Source: Diplonema japonicum
Taxonomy: Eukaryota; Protista; Euglenozoa: Diplonemea
Direction: 5' to 3'
Assembly: GCA_964019335.1 (NCBI GenBank)
Contig: OZ025652.1
Span: forward strand, 806,001 to 870,000
DNA: 64,000 bases
Both the position numbers and the translations under genes were made by a program. Below are positions 1 through 12,094 of the stretch, one piece after another (position 1 is the first letter of the stretch; each line of letters begins with the position of its first letter). The notes below the pieces were generated by a model, which searched no databases, was not told the origin of the DNA, and saw only the letters and a program-made list of their open reading frames with translations.

Positions 1-3000
1 TGGGACAAACGCTACTCTGCCGAATCCTTTAAGCGGCCAGTGCCCGCAGGCAAAGTATGATGACGTGCTCACAGAGCTCAAATATGGACTTCACAGCGCC
101 ACAGAAAAGTGGAGCACGTTGACATATTCGCTTACAAAGCTTGACCCTAACGACACGCATGTACTCATCGACACAGTTTCCAAGATGCGCACCATGTACC
201 GGCCCCTCATGACAGGGCTGGCGCGCAGCACAGAACTGTACCACTCTGACGTGATCAGCACGATCGACACCAACGTCCTCACTGTCATTATGGCTGTATT
301 TGTAGCTGTCATAGCCATGTTGTTTGATTTCTTCGCCATCTTCCGACCCATCATGGAAGAGCTAAGGAGTGATGAGCGCACCACAAAGCTCATCCTACGC
401 TTGCTGCCTACATCTGTCACAGACATGCCTGAGGTTGCGGCGATGCTGGAGAATGGTCAATCAAGTAAGTCTGACAAGGACCTGGAAGTAAGTGACACTG
501 TGGTGCAGATGTCGCCCATTCCCCTCATTGCCATCGACCACAACGGCATCATCATGAAGTTCTCCTCCGACGCCGTGAAGAAGTACTTCGGATATTCCAC
601 TATAGAACTAACTGGATCGAACGTTAGAGTATGAGAAGTAAAAACCCCACAACCTCTACAGGTGTTGATGCCTAGTGAGCACGCAGACAAGCACGATCAA
701 TATCTTGCAAACTACAGACGCACGGGAATCAAGCACGTGATCAACTCCACACGACAAGTGAGTGCAAGGAAGAAAGTATGCTTGCAATATATGAAACGAG
801 TGCCCACACAGAATGGCGACACGTTCCCAGCGGAGATACTTGTGAGGCAGTTCAAGTGTTCTGGAGAGAATATGTTCATCGGTGTTATCAAGCCACTGAT
901 GAAGGCGCTGCACTTCCAGGCTATAGCAGCGAGGAATAAAAACATCCAAGAGATGAACATTGACGGCATGCTGTCTATTGACCTGCAAGGCACAATACAG
1001 ACAGCCAACGATGCTGTGTGTAAAATGTTCGAGTTCTCAATGGAAGAGCTGATCGGCGAGAATGTAAAGCTACTTATGCCTATCGAGATCTCTCAAAACC
1101 ACGACGACTACCTTTCTAGATATTTGGAGACACGTAAAAGGGCGATGATCGGAACGATCAGGAGGTCCAGGGGGCAGCGCAAGTCAGGGAAGATTTTCCA
1201 GCTTGAGGCTAAAGTGGAAGAAGTTAACACTGACCCTCCTGTCTACATTGGATACCTGAGAGACGTGTCTCTCCTGGCACAGCTGGAAAACCAGCACAAA
1301 ATGTCTGACGCCATCACTAAACTCTCCATCACCCCTGTGATTATTCTGGACAGCAAAGGCATCATACTGACATTCTCACAAGCAGCCGAGAAGCTCTTCG
1401 GGTATACACGCGAGCAGGTTGTGAGCAAGAACGTCAAAATCTTGATGCCTCCTCAAATAGCAAGCCAGCATGATGACTATCTCTCAACCTACATGGAAAC
1501 GGGCGTGAAACATGTGATAGGGTCGAGCAGAAACGTCGAGGGCAAGGCCAAGGATGGGACCCCTCTTCCTTTGAACTTATTTGTGGAGGAGGTGATACAT
1601 GTGAACAGGGGCACCACCTTTGTGGCCTTTGTTACGGATCTAGCGCTCATTAAGAAGTCGGAGGCTGACACGTTCTTATACTCGGAAATCGACCGCCAGT
1701 CTCCCAACGGCACGATCACAGCAACACCTGACGGGACCATCATCTCCGCGAACCCCAAGACACTCTCCATGTTTGCTTACGACTCTCTAGACCAGCTCAA
1801 AGGGAAAAACCTTACTATGTTGATGCCTAAACAGTACGCTGACCATCACCCGGAGACCCTGGCAACTTACGCACGGACAAGGATCAAGAAGGCTATCGAC
1901 TCAACGCGGTGTGTGACAGGCTTGCGCTCCGACCGCATGACATTCCCTATCGAGCTGCGTGTTTGTGAGATCGAAAATGGCGATGACACATTCTTCTTGG
2001 GTTTTTTGAAAGACCAAACGAGGGAGCAGCAACTGGAGGTGACGAACGGTGTCAACCAGATGGCGATGCGTGTGTCTGCAGAGGCAGTCATCCTCATAAA
2101 TGAATATGGGCTCATCCAGCAGTTTTCGCCTGCAGCTGAGAAAGCGTGGGGGTACACCCCTGAGGAAGTTATTGGTAGGAATATTAAAATGCTGACACCG
2201 CCAGACATTGCTGCAAAACACGATGGGTATCTGAAGACCTACATGAAGACGCGTGTGAAACACATCATTGACTCGAAGAGGACGCTCGCTACTGTTTCGA
2301 AGGATGGAATGGAGTTCACAGCAGAAATACGGGTCGCAGAGGTGGAGATCCATGGTGAGTCGGTGTTCGTTGGATTTGCCAAGAACTGCACAAATGAGAA
2401 AGAGTGCAATGCAAAGTCTATACTCGTGAAGACCCTCGACGTGATGACACTTTTGGTGGTCGTCATCTGCAACAAGATGGGCACCATTGTGAGCTTCAAC
2501 GACAATGCAGTGAAGCTCTTCGGCTACGAGGCAAATGAGGCAATCGGGAAAAACGTAAACATGCTGATGTTGGATGAAACAAAAGCCGTGCACGATGGAT
2601 ACTTAGAGGACTACAGAAGGAAAGGGCCCACGAGAATCCTTGACAAGAATGTTAAGGTGGAGGCGAGGCATGCTTCTGGGAAGACGTTGCAGCTGGAGAT
2701 CCTCCTCACAGAGCTGGAACTGTACAAAACGGGTGCTGTGCCTGAGCAGCTTGTGGCGGGCACTATGACTGATATCTCAGAACTTATCTCGTACGAAGAG
2801 ATATCACGCGGTGTGAACACAGTCACTGATCTGTCTACCACAGCTGTTATTGTGATCGACAGCAATGGCATTGTTGGGAAATTCTCTAAGGCTGCCGAGA
2901 AGCTCTTGCACTATGAGTCATCGGAGGTCTTAGGATACAATGTCTCTACATTTATGCCAGAACCGCACAAAAGCCAGCACGACAGGTACCTGTCGACCTA

Positions 3001-5564
3001 CAGGAAAACAGGTGTCAAGAAAATCATCGACAGCACCCTTAACGTCGAGGCGATAACCAAGGAAGGCAACCCTTTACCTTGTCTCCTCAAGGTGGTCGAG
3101 GTTGTGACAAATGGGCAGTGTGCTTTCATCGGTTTTGCTGTAGACTACTCTGCCTTCTGGCAGGCAGAGCAAGCTTGCAAGTGCAACGATGTCATCACAC
3201 AGTTATCAGAGACGCCTTTCATCAAGATGGATATGAATTGCATCATGCTCAGTATCAGCGAGACAGCATACACCACGTTTGGCTACCCGTCTGGGTCACT
3301 GTTAGGGAAGAACGTAAAGATACTGATGGTATGGTAATATGGTGCACAGTGCGGTATTTTCTTTTTTCTCTTTCTCCACAGCCCAAAGAGATCGGGGATA
3401 TCCACGACGGCTTCATCAAAAAATACATAGAAACAGGTGTTAAGAAGGTCATCGGGAGGGTATGACGCAAAACCTTAGCATCTCACGTTATAACACAGCC
3501 GCAAGAGCTCTACGCTGTTTCAAGGAAGGGCGAGAGGATACCTATTACGCTGATGGTGGCAGAGACCATTGGGAGCAACGGACAGAAGATCTTCTGGGGG
3601 AACCTGGCCGACAAACGGGAACGCCTGCTGATAGAGAAACAGCAGAAAATCAACGATAACATCGCCTTGAACTCCATGCAGCCACTGATTTTGATCACAC
3701 GGACTGGCACTATCGAAATGGGTTCAAACAGTCTATTCAAAACCTTCGGGTACGCCCAGGAAGAAGTGATCGGTTCTAACGTCAAGATGCTGATGCCTCC
3801 TGAAGTGGCGGAGAAGCACGACGGGTACCTTGCTAGTTACTTGAAAACCGGTAAGAAAGTAGTTTTGGACGCCAAGATACGTCTAGACGGGATGACCAAG
3901 TCAGGTGAGAAGGTGCCGTTGTACTCATTTGTGAAAGAAATCAGCATCGGTGAGGGATGCTACTTCGGGTACCTGCTGCATGCCGGGCAAGGCTCGTCGC
4001 TGCATGCTGAGCAGAAGGTCACGCAGGCCATTCTGAACAAATCAATCCACCCCATCATCACTACCGATACCATTGGAATCATACAATTTTTCAACTTGGC
4101 CGCTCAAACAGAGTTCGGGTACGACGCAAGCGTGGTGGTGGGAAAGAACATTAAGATGTTGATGATTCCAGAGACAGCCAAGAGACACGATGAATACCTC
4201 TCCAACTACCTCAAGACAGGGAAGAAGACGGCACTAGGAAATACCTTGGAGGTGTGTTGTTATTTGTCTTCTCAAAACACGCGCAGCAAATCGGAGTGTC
4301 GTCGACAGGCGCAAAGATACCTATCGAACTGATGGCGGAAGAGTTCGGAGAAGGTGAAAACAAGGTATGTCCACCAGCACCCGCACCACACACTGCACAG
4401 ATCTACTCGGCTTACATAAAAAACCTGACTGAGAGCGAGACCTTGAAGCACACATTAAGGATCATCGACACCATGATAGACCTGTCGCCTGTGACCATCA
4501 TCCTCATCAACGAGAAATGCATCGTTACGAAATTCTCAAAAGCAGGTGAGACCTTGTTTGGCTACACTGAGTCGCAGATTTGCGGGAAGAACGTTTCCCT
4601 GCTAATGGAGGAAGAGCTGGCCAAGAAGCACGACGGGTTCATCAAGAAGTACCTCATACGAGGGGTGAAAACGGTCATCGGGAAAACGACAACAGGTCTG
4701 AAAGGGAAGAAAAAGGATGGATCGCTGTTCCCTCTCGAGATCACCATTCAAGAGGTGCGAAAGGAGGGGATGGTACCTGTCTTCATCGGGTGTCTTAGGG
4801 ACTACACGGAGGACTTGGAGACAAACGATATCGTCGAGACAGGGAAGACCATCCTTCGTGCATCGATGTACCCACTCATCGCCATTACAGAGGTGGGCAC
4901 CGTCATACGGTTCTCAGGCTCTGCGGAGGACTTGTTCGAGTTCAAAGAAACAGAGGTCATGAGGAAGAACATCAAGATGATCATGCCGCCTGAGATCGCA
5001 AGTGTGCACGACGGATACCTGAAGCGGTACGTAGACACACGTGTGAAGAGGGTCGTCGACACGACACGTGTGGTGGAGGCCATGTCGAAGAGTGGGAAGA
5101 GATTCGAACTGCAACTGATGGTGAAGGAGATCCTCATAGGGGACAAACAGATGTTTGTGTCGTATGTGCGAGACTTGTCCGCAGAGAGGAACCACGCGTG
5201 GGAGTCACAGCTGTCAGAGGTCATCACCTTCGAGTTTGACGAACCGCTGGTGACGATAGACAGCGTGGGCATCGTCACCAAGTTCAACAGAGCTGCCGAG
5301 ACCATGTTCCAGTTCAATGCGGACCAGATCGTTGCACGCAATGTACGTGTTCTGATGCCTGATGATGTCTCCTCACAACATGACAGCTACATCACTAGCT
5401 ATCTCCGATCCTCTAACACCGCACCTCTTGAAGTCACCCGATCCGTCACAGCCGAGCGCAAAGATGGCACCCAATTCACCTGTCCACTCTCTGTGCGGGA
5501 AGTACGCCTTCAAGGACAGGAGTCTACCTTCACCGCCCGCTTCCACATCAAGGAAAGCAGCTAA
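1..5564 (+). CDS. 5'-partial membrane-anchored protein with 13 tandem FixL-like heme-PAS domains
   Basis: ORFs 65..634, 662..3337, 3553..4332 and 4254..5564 join through GT-AG introns at 629-661, 776-811, 3329-3381, 3460-3498, 4252-4286 and 4365-4400. A TM helix (VLTVIMAVFVAVIAMLFDFFAIF) precedes 13 repeats of NV.xLMP....HD.YL..Y..TG.K..I. The frame is open from position 2. Confidence 0.9.
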
Positions 5565-5726
5565 CAAACAAAATACTTTTCCAACGACACCTTTCAAAGA
5601 ACTCTCATTTCTATGAGAGTTGCTTAACTAAACTGTTTCTTCTTTTTTTTATTTTTATGTGTCACCTTCAGTTGGCCCCATAACTAAGTCTGTAGTCTGA
5701 GGTATCCTGCATTGTTCCCATTGCTG

Positions 5727-5786
5727 AGTATTTATGTTTTCCCTTCTTTCTTTCTCTCCATGATCTCTTGTTAATCTCTCGCACAG
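5727..5786 (+). promoter_or_regulatory. Polypyrimidine tract + AG, putative spliced-leader trans-splice acceptor of the kinase gene (example; similar tracts precede most genes)
   Basis: ttttcccttctttctttctctcc...ctctcgcacAG lies about 50 nt before ATG 5835. Confidence 0.55.
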
Positions 5787-5834
5787 GGAACGGGGTTCTT
5801 CAAAATCGTCGTTCAGTAGAAGTAGTCAGGAGGC

Positions 5835-7544
5835 ATGGGTGTGTGGGAATGGGGAAGATTCCTGGGGAAGGGTAGTTATGGCAGTGTTTATTTAGCGTTT
5901 GAGAAAGGGAAAGATAAACCAATGGCGGTGAAGGTGTTTGATCTGACTGGTGACATGAATGAGTGTGTTACATTGCTGAAGGAAGTGAAAGCGATGAAAA
6001 GGGTATCGGGACATCCAAACATTGTTCATTGCCACGACAGCATGTTTGACAAGAGGGGGAAATTGTGCATCGTGATGGAGTTCATGAGTGGTGGCACCCT
6101 CAGTTCCCTCCTCAAGGCACGTGATGTCCTCAGCGATGACATTGCCCCCATCTGCGTGAAGCAGATCCTCGAGGGGGTTGCTCACCTCCACTCCCAGAAC
6201 ATCTTTCACAGGGACCTAAAGGGCGAGAATATTCTCGTGAAGACCGCCTCTGCAAAAATTCCGCACCTCAAACTCGCGGATTTCGGGAACTCTAAAATGA
6301 AAGCCGAAACCATCTCAGCATCCCTCACAGCACCCACAGCAGCCAAAACCCTCGCAGGTACCGCACTATGGATGGCACCGGAAGTCATAAAAGCCGCCCA
6401 ACAAGCACAAGAATATTCAGCTCAGAAGGCAGACATCTGGTCTCTTGGCATCGTGTCTTGCGAAGTCCTCCAACGAGGAAAGACTCCGTGGGGCGACTTC
6501 GACAACCCCGTACAGGCCTTGTTCACCATCGGGCAATGGGCAGGGGGTGAGAAGGGCAAGTCTCTCCCCCCCGGGTCGCCTAAGAATATCAGTCAAAACG
6601 GAAAGGATTTCCTGAAGAAGTGCATGTACGTGGACCCGCAGGACCGTCCGACAGCATCCCAGCTCCTCAAACACAAATGGATGAACGTCACTGTTCCGGC
6701 ACCCACCCCCCTCACCCTGGCAGACCTGGGCGACATCACCATCCAAGAGACTAGCGAGTTCTTCCCAGTCAACAACGCGAAGATGCTGCACGAGCTGTGC
6801 ACTGCAGCAAGCATAACGAGACCGGCGCACAAGCCTATGAAGAGCGAACCCGACTTCATCAGAACGGCGACGTGGACGGAGGCACCACCAACGGAGGCAC
6901 CACCAACGGAGTCGGACCAATCGGAGTCGGACGAGTCAGTCTTGTGTGAGGAAGAAGAGGAAGCCGAGGACGAAGAATACGAGCAGGAAGAAGAAGAGGA
7001 AGAAGACGAGGAGGACGCGGAGAGCAGCGACGAAGGAGGTGTGCACATCAGCGCGTTGAATAACGGACTTGTTGAGTTTCAGGAAGTGAGCCCACTTCAG
7101 GCGATGCCCGAGAAGCAGTTCACGGTGCCTGGGGCGCAGGTGTCGCCTATCGCGAAGAGCCCTGTGGTGAATGCGCATGTGCGGCAGAGAAGGTCGGTGC
7201 CTGTGGTGACGACGTCCCCGCTGACCTCTTCGCTCACACGCTCGAGGGGTGCGAGTCTTAGTTCCGAGATGAGTCAGAATTCGAGGATGCGTCCACTGCC
7301 AGACGACAACACTTCAGTGTGCTCGGGGAGTTTCAGCATGCCTTCTGTGAGGGACAGGCGCAATATGTTTGAAGGGCAGCCTGGCACACCTCTGGGGGGT
7401 GCCTCGCGTGCATCTACCAATGCCATCTCTCCTACAACCCCCCCTCCACGGTCGCCTGGTGCTTCTGTCAAGTCGCCAGGCGGTGCCTCGTCTGCAAGCA
7501 GAGTCTCGTACCTAACCAGGCAGTTCGAAGATATCAACATCTAG
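5835..7544 (+). CDS. Ser/Thr protein kinase, STE11/MAP3K-like, with acidic and Ser/Pro-rich tail
   Basis: GKGSYGSV, MAVK, HRDLKGENIL, DFG, GTALWMAPE and DIWSLG motifs are all intact. Confidence 0.9.
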   Translation: MGVWEWGRFLGKGSYGSVYLAFEKGKDKPMAVKVFDLTGDMNECVTLLKEVKAMKRVSGHPNIVHCHDSMFDKRGKLCIVMEFMSGGTLSSLLKARDVLSDDIAPICVKQILEGVAHLHSQNIFHRDLKGENILVKTASAKIPHLKLADFGNSKMKAETISASLTAPTAAKTLAGTALWMAPEVIKAAQQAQEYSAQKADIWSLGIVSCEVLQRGKTPWGDFDNPVQALFTIGQWAGGEKGKSLPPGSPKNISQNGKDFLKKCMYVDPQDRPTASQLLKHKWMNVTVPAPTPLTLADLGDITIQETSEFFPVNNAKMLHELCTAASITRPAHKPMKSEPDFIRTATWTEAPPTEAPPTESDQSESDESVLCEEEEEAEDEEYEQEEEEEEDEEDAESSDEGGVHISALNNGLVEFQEVSPLQAMPEKQFTVPGAQVSPIAKSPVVNAHVRQRRSVPVVTTSPLTSSLTRSRGASLSSEMSQNSRMRPLPDDNTSVCSGSFSMPSVRDRRNMFEGQPGTPLGGASRASTNAISPTTPPPRSPGASVKSPGGASSASRVSYLTRQFEDINI

Positions 7545-9589
7545 CACACCTCCTTCCTTCCTTTCATGCGACGAAATAATAGAACAACACACGTGCACCG
7601 TGCATGCATGAGGACGCTGTCCGTGCATGACGACGCTGTACCATATGGTTTTGGCTAGCAATGTCGGGCGGCATCCCTGTCCTGCTGGTCCCTTCGGCTT
7701 CGAAGAGACAGACTCCTCTTTTCTTTTCTCCCCCGCCTCCGCCGTTTTCATAATTTAAACTAAGAATCCCGAAGAATAATCATAGCCCTTTATGTACTTT
7801 TAATTAATACACTTCATTCTAGGGCTTTGCGCCGTCTCCCCTGGAGGGGACAGGGCGTGCGCTATCTCCCCTCTCTTTTTTGTTTGTTTTTCGGCCGGCG
7901 AGCGCAAAAACGCATACCTTTTAAAAGAATAGTTTTTGTTTTTTTTCTCCTTTTTCTGTTCCCCCCCCCCTTTTTTTTGCTTTTGTAAAAATCTCAAAAA
8001 CAAAAAAAAAAACAAAAATGTTGATAGGCGATAAAGGTGGCAAGGTGGTAAAGAGGGTGCCACTGGTGCCACTCTCTTTTTTATGGGGAGGTGCTGTTTG
8101 ATATTCCAAACTCAAAAAAAAAAAAAAAACGGTGAAGCAAAGAAAAAAAGAAACTGAAAAGAAAGTAAATATAAAACCCCCCTGCCTATGCCAACCGTGA
8201 CAATAGAAAGTCGACTTTTTTTCCTCAGGGAACTCGCGCACGCGCCGCTTTGATATCTTTCAAAAGAGGTGAGAGTTCGATTTTCTGTGCCTCTTTCAGA
8301 GACTTCAAGTCTTAAGTCAGGGTTCACAAGAAAAGCTAGAGTCCTACACCCATTTTGCGAGGAGCAATTCTACTGGTGTCAAGTTCAATGTTTACGGGCA
8401 GGAGTTTCCCCCCCCTCTTTTTTTTCCTCAATATAGGTTTTCGGGATTGAGACACAGGAGATGTGAGACGTTACCTATTCTTCCTTTTCTTTAAAAAAAA
8501 AAAAGAAACTACCACCCAAGGGGGTGACGCAAGGTAGGGCAGTTTTTTGCTAAACGTGAATAAAGAAATTAACTCTAGTTGTTCGGGTAGGGTTATTTCC
8601 TGGTTGTCCACGGGGATGCAATGGAACAGCGAACTCTATTCATGACTTCCTTCTGGTCTGATTTTTTTAAGTTTAGGGTCCCCCCCCCCCCCCCCGCTTT
8701 TTTCGGCCTGTCCCCCTCCTCCGTCCTTAAAGGGGTTGAAATATTATTGCGCATCGGATTTCTAATGTGAAGTCTTCCCTTCTCTTCGTTGGAGCCCCCC
8801 CCCCCCGGAAAAATACCCTTTTTGAAAAAATAAGTCCTTGAGGAAAGTGGCTTAAAATGAGAAATCCAAGGGTTATCACTTCAGGTTAGAGGCCCCCTGC
8901 CTGTTCCTGCTCCGCCCGCTTGCTTGGGCTTTATCAAGAAATATGAAAGACATGGGGGGGGGGGGGGGGGGGGGGTGTTGATTGGGGTTTATTCTTTCTT
9001 GGAGGGTTCAATGGTTTCCCCCCCCCCCCCCCCCTTCTCTCTTTCCCGAAGGGTTCAATTGAAGCTTAAACAAACTTAAAAACTGGAAAAGCAGCAGAAT
9101 CAATGGGTAAGGCAAAAGTCTTATTTTAAAAAAATGGCTGACCAGCGTGTTAAAAAGACTAGGAGGAGGGGGGGGGGGGGGGGGGGATCTTCTTCGGGAC
9201 GCATGATTCGAAGGAAATTCTAGTAAATAATTGAAAGCGAACACTTGGTAGTGGTTAAATAGTCGTTCATACATTTAACCCAATTAACTTCCGCTCCCCC
9301 TCCTCTTTTTTTTTTTTTTTTTCCCCTTCTACGATTCTTCGAAACCGAAAAGATTTTTTTTTTAATATTAGGGGAAAGGGGGTAAGAGAAGGGTGTTGTA
9401 AATTATCTATGAGGTCTCTAAGAGGGCTGGTTGTTACGGCGGCCTGCGTGCGTACCTTGTTGGTGATTCTCCAAAGGAACTTTTTTTTTTTTCTTTTTTT
9501 TTTTCCTTTTGTAACTTCAGAGACTGGAGAACGACCCTGTTAATTCGCAAGAAGAAAGTGCTCCGGGCCTAAAAGAGAAAAAATATATG

Positions 9590-9684
9590 TAAGGAGGTCG
9601 CGTTCGTGGCGCCCGGCACAAACGCGGTCTACTTGATTACAGGGGGCGCACCTCCGCCGAGCTGTAGCTTCTTTTGCATTACGC
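9590..9684 (+). repeat. Partial copy of dispersed repeat family A
   Basis: The 26-nt core gtctacttgattacagggggcgcacc at 9627-9652 is identical to 29342-29367. Confidence 0.75.
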
Positions 9685-10067
9685 ACACGAGTGAGATGCC
9701 TCGCTGATCGCAAGGCTGAAAGCTTGTGGTTGCCTGAATTTCTTAGGCAGTAGTGGTCTTCAAAGAAACAGACCTCTAGTGTGTCACTCTAGGAAATTTA
9801 GGATTTTCTTTTTCATCCATTTCTTTTTTATTTCGAACATTTTTCTTCTCTTTTCGTCCCCCCTTCTCCTTCTTGCCCTACCCCTGCGTCACACACACTT
9901 TTTCTTTCTCCCCCCCCCCCTTTTTTTTGCTGCTTATTTATCCCCTCTTCATCTTTGTTCGGTTTTCTTCTCTATTTTCTTCACGTTATTCTGCCTACAT
10001 ATTTATTTTGTGTTTTTCTTCTTCTTCTTCCATTTAACACCTTTTGTCTGCAGCAGATTGGGTTGTG

Positions 10068-11972
10068 ATGGTAAAGCTGCCTAATGTCGACAGCGTGACG
10101 TGCACTGAAGCGGTGGGGCGGCTGTTGTGGTGTGGGCATGATGACGGGAGTGTGTCGGTGCGTGAACCGAGGAGTGGTGTGGTAGTGGAAGTGAGACAGT
10201 TCAGGAACACAGACAAGCCGCACTACCCAAGCTGCCTTATCTGTGTGGACGAACACATGTGGATAGGGTACAGTGACGGACGTGTCCTCATCGTGGACAC
10301 GCAGACCCTCACAAGCATCGGGCACACCAATGCTCATGTGGACCGCGTCAACGACATCGTGCACCACTCTGGCTGGATCTTCACTGCCAGCGATGACACC
10401 TTCATCCACAAGTTCTCAGTCGACGAGGACGGCAAGCCTTACAAGGAGAGCAGCCTCGCCGGGCACACAGCCCCCGTCAAGGCCCTCTGCTGTGCAGGCG
10501 ATGTTCTCGTCTCCGCTGCCCTCGACCAGACGGCTATCATCTGGTCCCTCTCTGGCACTGTCGTCTTCTCTCTCTCCTTCATGATCACCAAGGCCCAGGG
10601 CTACAGCTCCATCAAAGAGAAGCTCCACGACCTCGCCGATAAGATCACTGATCTGCACCTCAGTGAAGGCTCCCGCCATTACCACCATCTCCTTCCCGAC
10701 ATCATGACGGTGCCGGGGCCCATGTCCCCTACTAGACAGAACTACAGAAAGGCGGCGTTGCAGAGCCAAAAACGAAGGTTGGTTGGAACACCGAAAGGGA
10801 AGCCTCCACTTCCAGGAACTCCTAAAAGCGGGAAGACAATCACGAAACCCATGCCCAAGGTAGACAGGCAGGTTAGAGAAACAACCGAAACGAATAAAGT
10901 GGTGCGGCAGCCTGTTGCGAGGAAGAAGCAGCCCCCGAAGCCAACAGCGCAGCGAGCAAAAATCAAGAACCCCAAAAAACCGATGTCCATGCCAGTCCCT
11001 ATATCTGTTCCGCTTCCTTTGGGCAGGTTAGGCAGAGACGTGAGTCCTCCTGTGCTCATGATGGGCAACCCCGAATTGATAATGCAACCCTTGAGCCCTG
11101 AAAGCCCCTACCCCCAAGCTCATGCCCAAGTCCAAGCTCAAGGGTACTCCATGAACCTTCGCACCAACCCCACCGACAGGGACGTGGTGGTTAATGTTGA
11201 CGATGAGGACTCAACCAGTACATATGGGCGGGCAGTTCGCAGTGTGAAGCGAGGCAGGGACACATCATGGATGCTGCAATTCAGGACAGAAGTGAGGCTC
11301 GCGCGTGTTGCCTTCAAAAAATGGAAGCAAATCACGCATACGAAACGGAGGGGGTCGCTCTACGAACTAGCAGAGCTGATGGAAGGAGTGTCCAATGCCG
11401 GCGTGATTACAGGGTACTACTGCAAGTGGAAGGAGTGGCTGGGGATCCCTAAGGGGAATGTGGACAGCCACGAGGAGGCGGAGGTGGAGGTAGAGGAGGA
11501 GGTGATACTACCTGAGCGGGAGGAGGGGGATGACAGACTGTGCTTGGTGGTGGATGTGGGGTGCCTTGTTGATTTGGAAGATGGAATGACGCCATACTCG
11601 AATATCGTGGACTTCTTCAACACATGTCACGAGTACTGCTGCGAGCTTATTGTGTGGCTGCCTGACGCGAACGAGGACCTCATCGTTACCCTGCGGCGGT
11701 ACGATACCATGCACGTCGTGTCACATTGTATTATACGCGAAAACCCTGCTGCCACACCCACCATCAACCGTCCGTACTCAAGGCTGCTCTTCATCCAGCC
11801 CATCACAAACCCCAACCCCGCAATACGAAACACTGTTTGCGTTTACCCCTCCTCCCTCCGCATGATTTCCACCCTCCTTGTCTCTATCCACCAGAGCCCG
11901 ATTCCTGACGTCCCCCACACTCTGCAGGCTGTGCTTCAGCGAACTCCTGATCCAGTCCACATCCTAATGTAG
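10068..11972 (+). CDS. WD40-repeat protein with a degenerate FCP1/NIF (HAD)-like C-terminal domain
   Basis: WD40-like repeats (AHVDRVNDI..FTASDD; GHTAPVKAL..VSAALDQTAIIW). The C-terminal CLVVDVGCLV...PYSNIVDFF...ELIVW segment resembles the FCP1 fold. Confidence 0.7.
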   Translation: MVKLPNVDSVTCTEAVGRLLWCGHDDGSVSVREPRSGVVVEVRQFRNTDKPHYPSCLICVDEHMWIGYSDGRVLIVDTQTLTSIGHTNAHVDRVNDIVHHSGWIFTASDDTFIHKFSVDEDGKPYKESSLAGHTAPVKALCCAGDVLVSAALDQTAIIWSLSGTVVFSLSFMITKAQGYSSIKEKLHDLADKITDLHLSEGSRHYHHLLPDIMTVPGPMSPTRQNYRKAALQSQKRRLVGTPKGKPPLPGTPKSGKTITKPMPKVDRQVRETTETNKVVRQPVARKKQPPKPTAQRAKIKNPKKPMSMPVPISVPLPLGRLGRDVSPPVLMMGNPELIMQPLSPESPYPQAHAQVQAQGYSMNLRTNPTDRDVVVNVDDEDSTSTYGRAVRSVKRGRDTSWMLQFRTEVRLARVAFKKWKQITHTKRRGSLYELAELMEGVSNAGVITGYYCKWKEWLGIPKGNVDSHEEAEVEVEEEVILPEREEGDDRLCLVVDVGCLVDLEDGMTPYSNIVDFFNTCHEYCCELIVWLPDANEDLIVTLRRYDTMHVVSHCIIRENPAATPTINRPYSRLLFIQPITNPNPAIRNTVCVYPSSLRMISTLLVSIHQSPIPDVPHTLQAVLQRTPDPVHILM

Positions 11973-12094
11973 TCCATCGTAGACCTTTTAAGTTATGTAG
12001 AAATTTTAGTTTCCCGCTGTATTACCTCAAAACATCTTCTTCTTTTACTGTAACTCTTCTACAGAACCTCTTTTCTCGTTAAAACTTACTCAAA

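Noticed and set aside
5564-5835. Possible splice fusion of the PAS array to the adjacent STE11-like kinase
   Set aside because: The last PAS domain is complete before TAA, no convincing donor was found, and the kinase has its own pyrimidine-AG acceptor. Adjacency in such arrays does not imply function.
9690-9775. cgcaaggctgaaa (SSU rRNA-like / hammerhead-like) with small hairpins
   Set aside because: Only about 13 nt of rRNA similarity, and no complete hammerhead core (CUGAUGA...GAAA with three stems).
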